From contig NW_024704743.1 of NCBI RefSeq assembly GCF_018977255.1, positions 97,776,001-97,840,000 on the forward strand: a stretch of DNA of 64,000 bases, written 5' to 3'. This DNA is from Callorhinchus milii. Lineage: Eukaryota. Shown piece by piece: positions 61,743 through 64,000 of this stretch (position 1 is its first letter; each line of letters starts with the position of its first letter). Under the pieces are notes generated by a model. The model was given only the letters and a program-made list of their open reading frames with translations, ran no database searches and had not been told where the DNA came from. The position numbers and the translations under genes are program-made.

Positions 61743-62023
61743 CCTTGCATTTGATATAGCGGCTTATTACGTCTTCAAGACGTCTCAGAGCCCTTCATAG
61801 AATATACTGTAAAGTGAATTGACTGTATATTTTGTGGGTGAAACGCGGCAGCCAATTGCGCACAGCAGTGTCCCACAAACAGTCGTGGATTGAGTGACCA
61901 AAATATTATTTTTTGTTGAAGGAATTTTTACTCCTGGAAAACCGATCTACCAATCGACTAACAACTGGGTTCCCTACGTACTGCGAGATAAATAGAGGCG
62001 TGTGAAGTAAGGAAACCTGCCCA
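61743..62023 (-). mobile_element. tRNA-Ala SINE, long form, 5'-truncated; abuts an older Deu SINE at ~61476-61745
   Basis: 'ccttgcatttgatatagc..gactaacaactgggttcc..aaggaaacctgccca'. Confidence 0.87.
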
Positions 62024-62689
62024 TTGAGGTTAGAGTTACTCAGCTCATTGTTTTGGTAGAAAGGTACAACCAATGTACATCAGCTTTGAGACTCCTGGAA
62101 AGCTTGTTTTTTGGTACCTTAGCCAACAATCAAATTAAATGGGAGGATGGCTCAACATAATTTGAAATAAGGTATCTTTCAACTTCATAGATTTTAAAAT
62201 TCTGAATTCTGTTTAAAATGAGGAGAAACATTTCTAATATAAAAAGCCTCTGATTCTAAAAAGATATGTCCATTATTACATTGTATGTGTAACTTAAGAT
62301 GACACAATGTAATAACTTTCTTTTTTACATACAGTATTTTACTATAACACACTTATCTTAAAATCACACTGTGTTGTGTCGAGCATAGTAATAGAGCAGT
62401 AATATGGGAAACAATTAAGATGAATGCTGCAATGTATAGTTAATAGAACAGAGCTCTCAACTGAGAAATATGAAAATGGTTAACTAAGAACAATTGATGT
62501 GGATCTAAGAGCAGTGATACATCTTGACCAGCCTAAAAATAAGAGAAGATCAAGGCAACAATCAATGTAGAGTCATGTGGCAAGCAAAACTACTATTGAT
62601 TTTTCATGTGGTAGTGAACCCAGCCAGTCCTCAGGGGCTTTTCAAAGAGATCCCAAAGTCCATAGTTGCCCCTATACTGTCAACTTTCA

Positions 62690-63360
62690 TTTTATATTCC
62701 TTTGGGCCGGAAAAATAAATTCTCTTCCAATTATCCAGCCGCTCACATAATAAGCTCTGTCATCCGCTCAGCCTGTAGCGTGTTTACTTCTCCAACACCA
62801 GTCCTCCGTATTTATTTATTTATTTATTTTGGAAATGTGAACAGTGACTGTGTGTGTGTGAGAGAGTGCCCACGTGTGATCTGAATATTTCCTGAGCCTG
62901 TGCAAAGTACTGACAGGCTGCAAGTAGTTGAAGTGTTACATAACCCTCTGGCTTATTTGTTATCTGGGAGAGACAGATGATGTTGCTGGTGAATGTAGCT
63001 AAAGGATTAATTTCAGCTTGTCACCATTTGTTTTCAAAGATTGCTGTGATCCCTGGATCCATGCATCTCCAAAGGCTTTCAACGCTGATTTTGATTAATG
63101 CAGCGGATGGCTCTTCAATGCGCTAGCTACTGCAATGAATTTGATGACCTTTTCAAGAGTGATCACTGATGGAATTTTGTCTGAAAGTTCAGCAAATGCT
63201 GCTGTGCTTTCTTTCTTATTGATTAAAGAAAATGAAGAGCTAAGGGCTGTAATGAAAGACAACTCTGTGATTGAATGCACTCAAAGCTATCTGTTTTCAC
63301 GTATGAAATTTTATTTTCCAATCCAATTCATTTCCCATTGGATTCAGTAAAGTCTAATTT
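62690..63360. promoter_or_regulatory. Candidate conserved non-coding element / enhancer
   Basis: Long repeat-free block, CpGs retained, CACGTG (62871), TGACAG (62911), TGATTAAT (63092); conservation not tested. Confidence 0.42.
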
Positions 63361-64000
63361 GCCGGGTGGGTCCCAAGTGCATAATATGTCAGTTCGGTTA
63401 AACGTGTGCAAAATGCATTTGTTCAGAAGGAGTTACAGGTGACGTTGACTATAGAATAGGAGAGCAATCAAAGTAAATAATAGTTTGATGAAAACTAGTT
63501 TATTGGGAAGGATTTCAACCTGGGTTTGCATTTACTCCATTTACAATTAACATTTCAAATTGTGCAGAATTTAACATACTGTTTTGTTCAATCTTAATAT
63601 GAAGAGCCCTATATAAATGCAAGTTGTTGTTGGCTACTTTATAATCTTTGTTTTTGTAGTTTTTAAAAGAACTTGAAGAAAAACAGCTTCAAAATTAAAG
63701 TTGTATTGAAGAATTTGCCCAATTCTGGATGCTTGAAATGTAGATTAAGTTACAATATATTTTACATTTATATAGCACTTTTCACGTCGGGAGTACACCT
63801 CAAAGCACTTGACAAGGCTGGATGGACACCTGAATTGGGAGCTGAGAGAGGTGGAGAGGAGAAAGGCACCATATTTGGTGCCAGACAATAAGTAATTAAC
63901 AATTACAAAATTAAAAATATGTTTGCACACGTTTAACCCAGCGTGCAAATTACCTTCCTTAATGCAGCTAAACAGTATCATTTTGCGTCCTGTCATATAA

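Overview
AT-rich, repeat-dense vertebrate genomic DNA with no recognisable host protein-coding gene, so probably a gene desert or a large intron. The repeats point to a cartilaginous fish, most likely a chimaera such as the elephant shark (inference). They include a young tRNA-Ala-headed SINE with an L2-type tail, older Deu-domain SINEs, L2 and CR1 LINEs, Penelope fragments with degenerate hammerhead motifs, and MITEs. Most entries in the ORF track are LINE or SINE fragments or their antisense frames. Structure not explained by ordinary repeats: (1) a ~1.3 kb inverted duplication (7.2-8.5 kb vs 29.8-31.7 kb) enclosing ~21 kb; (2) an orphan 125-codon ORF at 35883-36260 built on six 30-bp Ser/Asn-rich units; (3) a near-perfect 63-nt hairpin formed inside an old L2; (4) two three-layer nested insertions; (5) several repeat-free, motif-rich blocks that look like conserved non-coding enhancers. 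Coordinates of decayed repeats are approximate, and no database search was possible.
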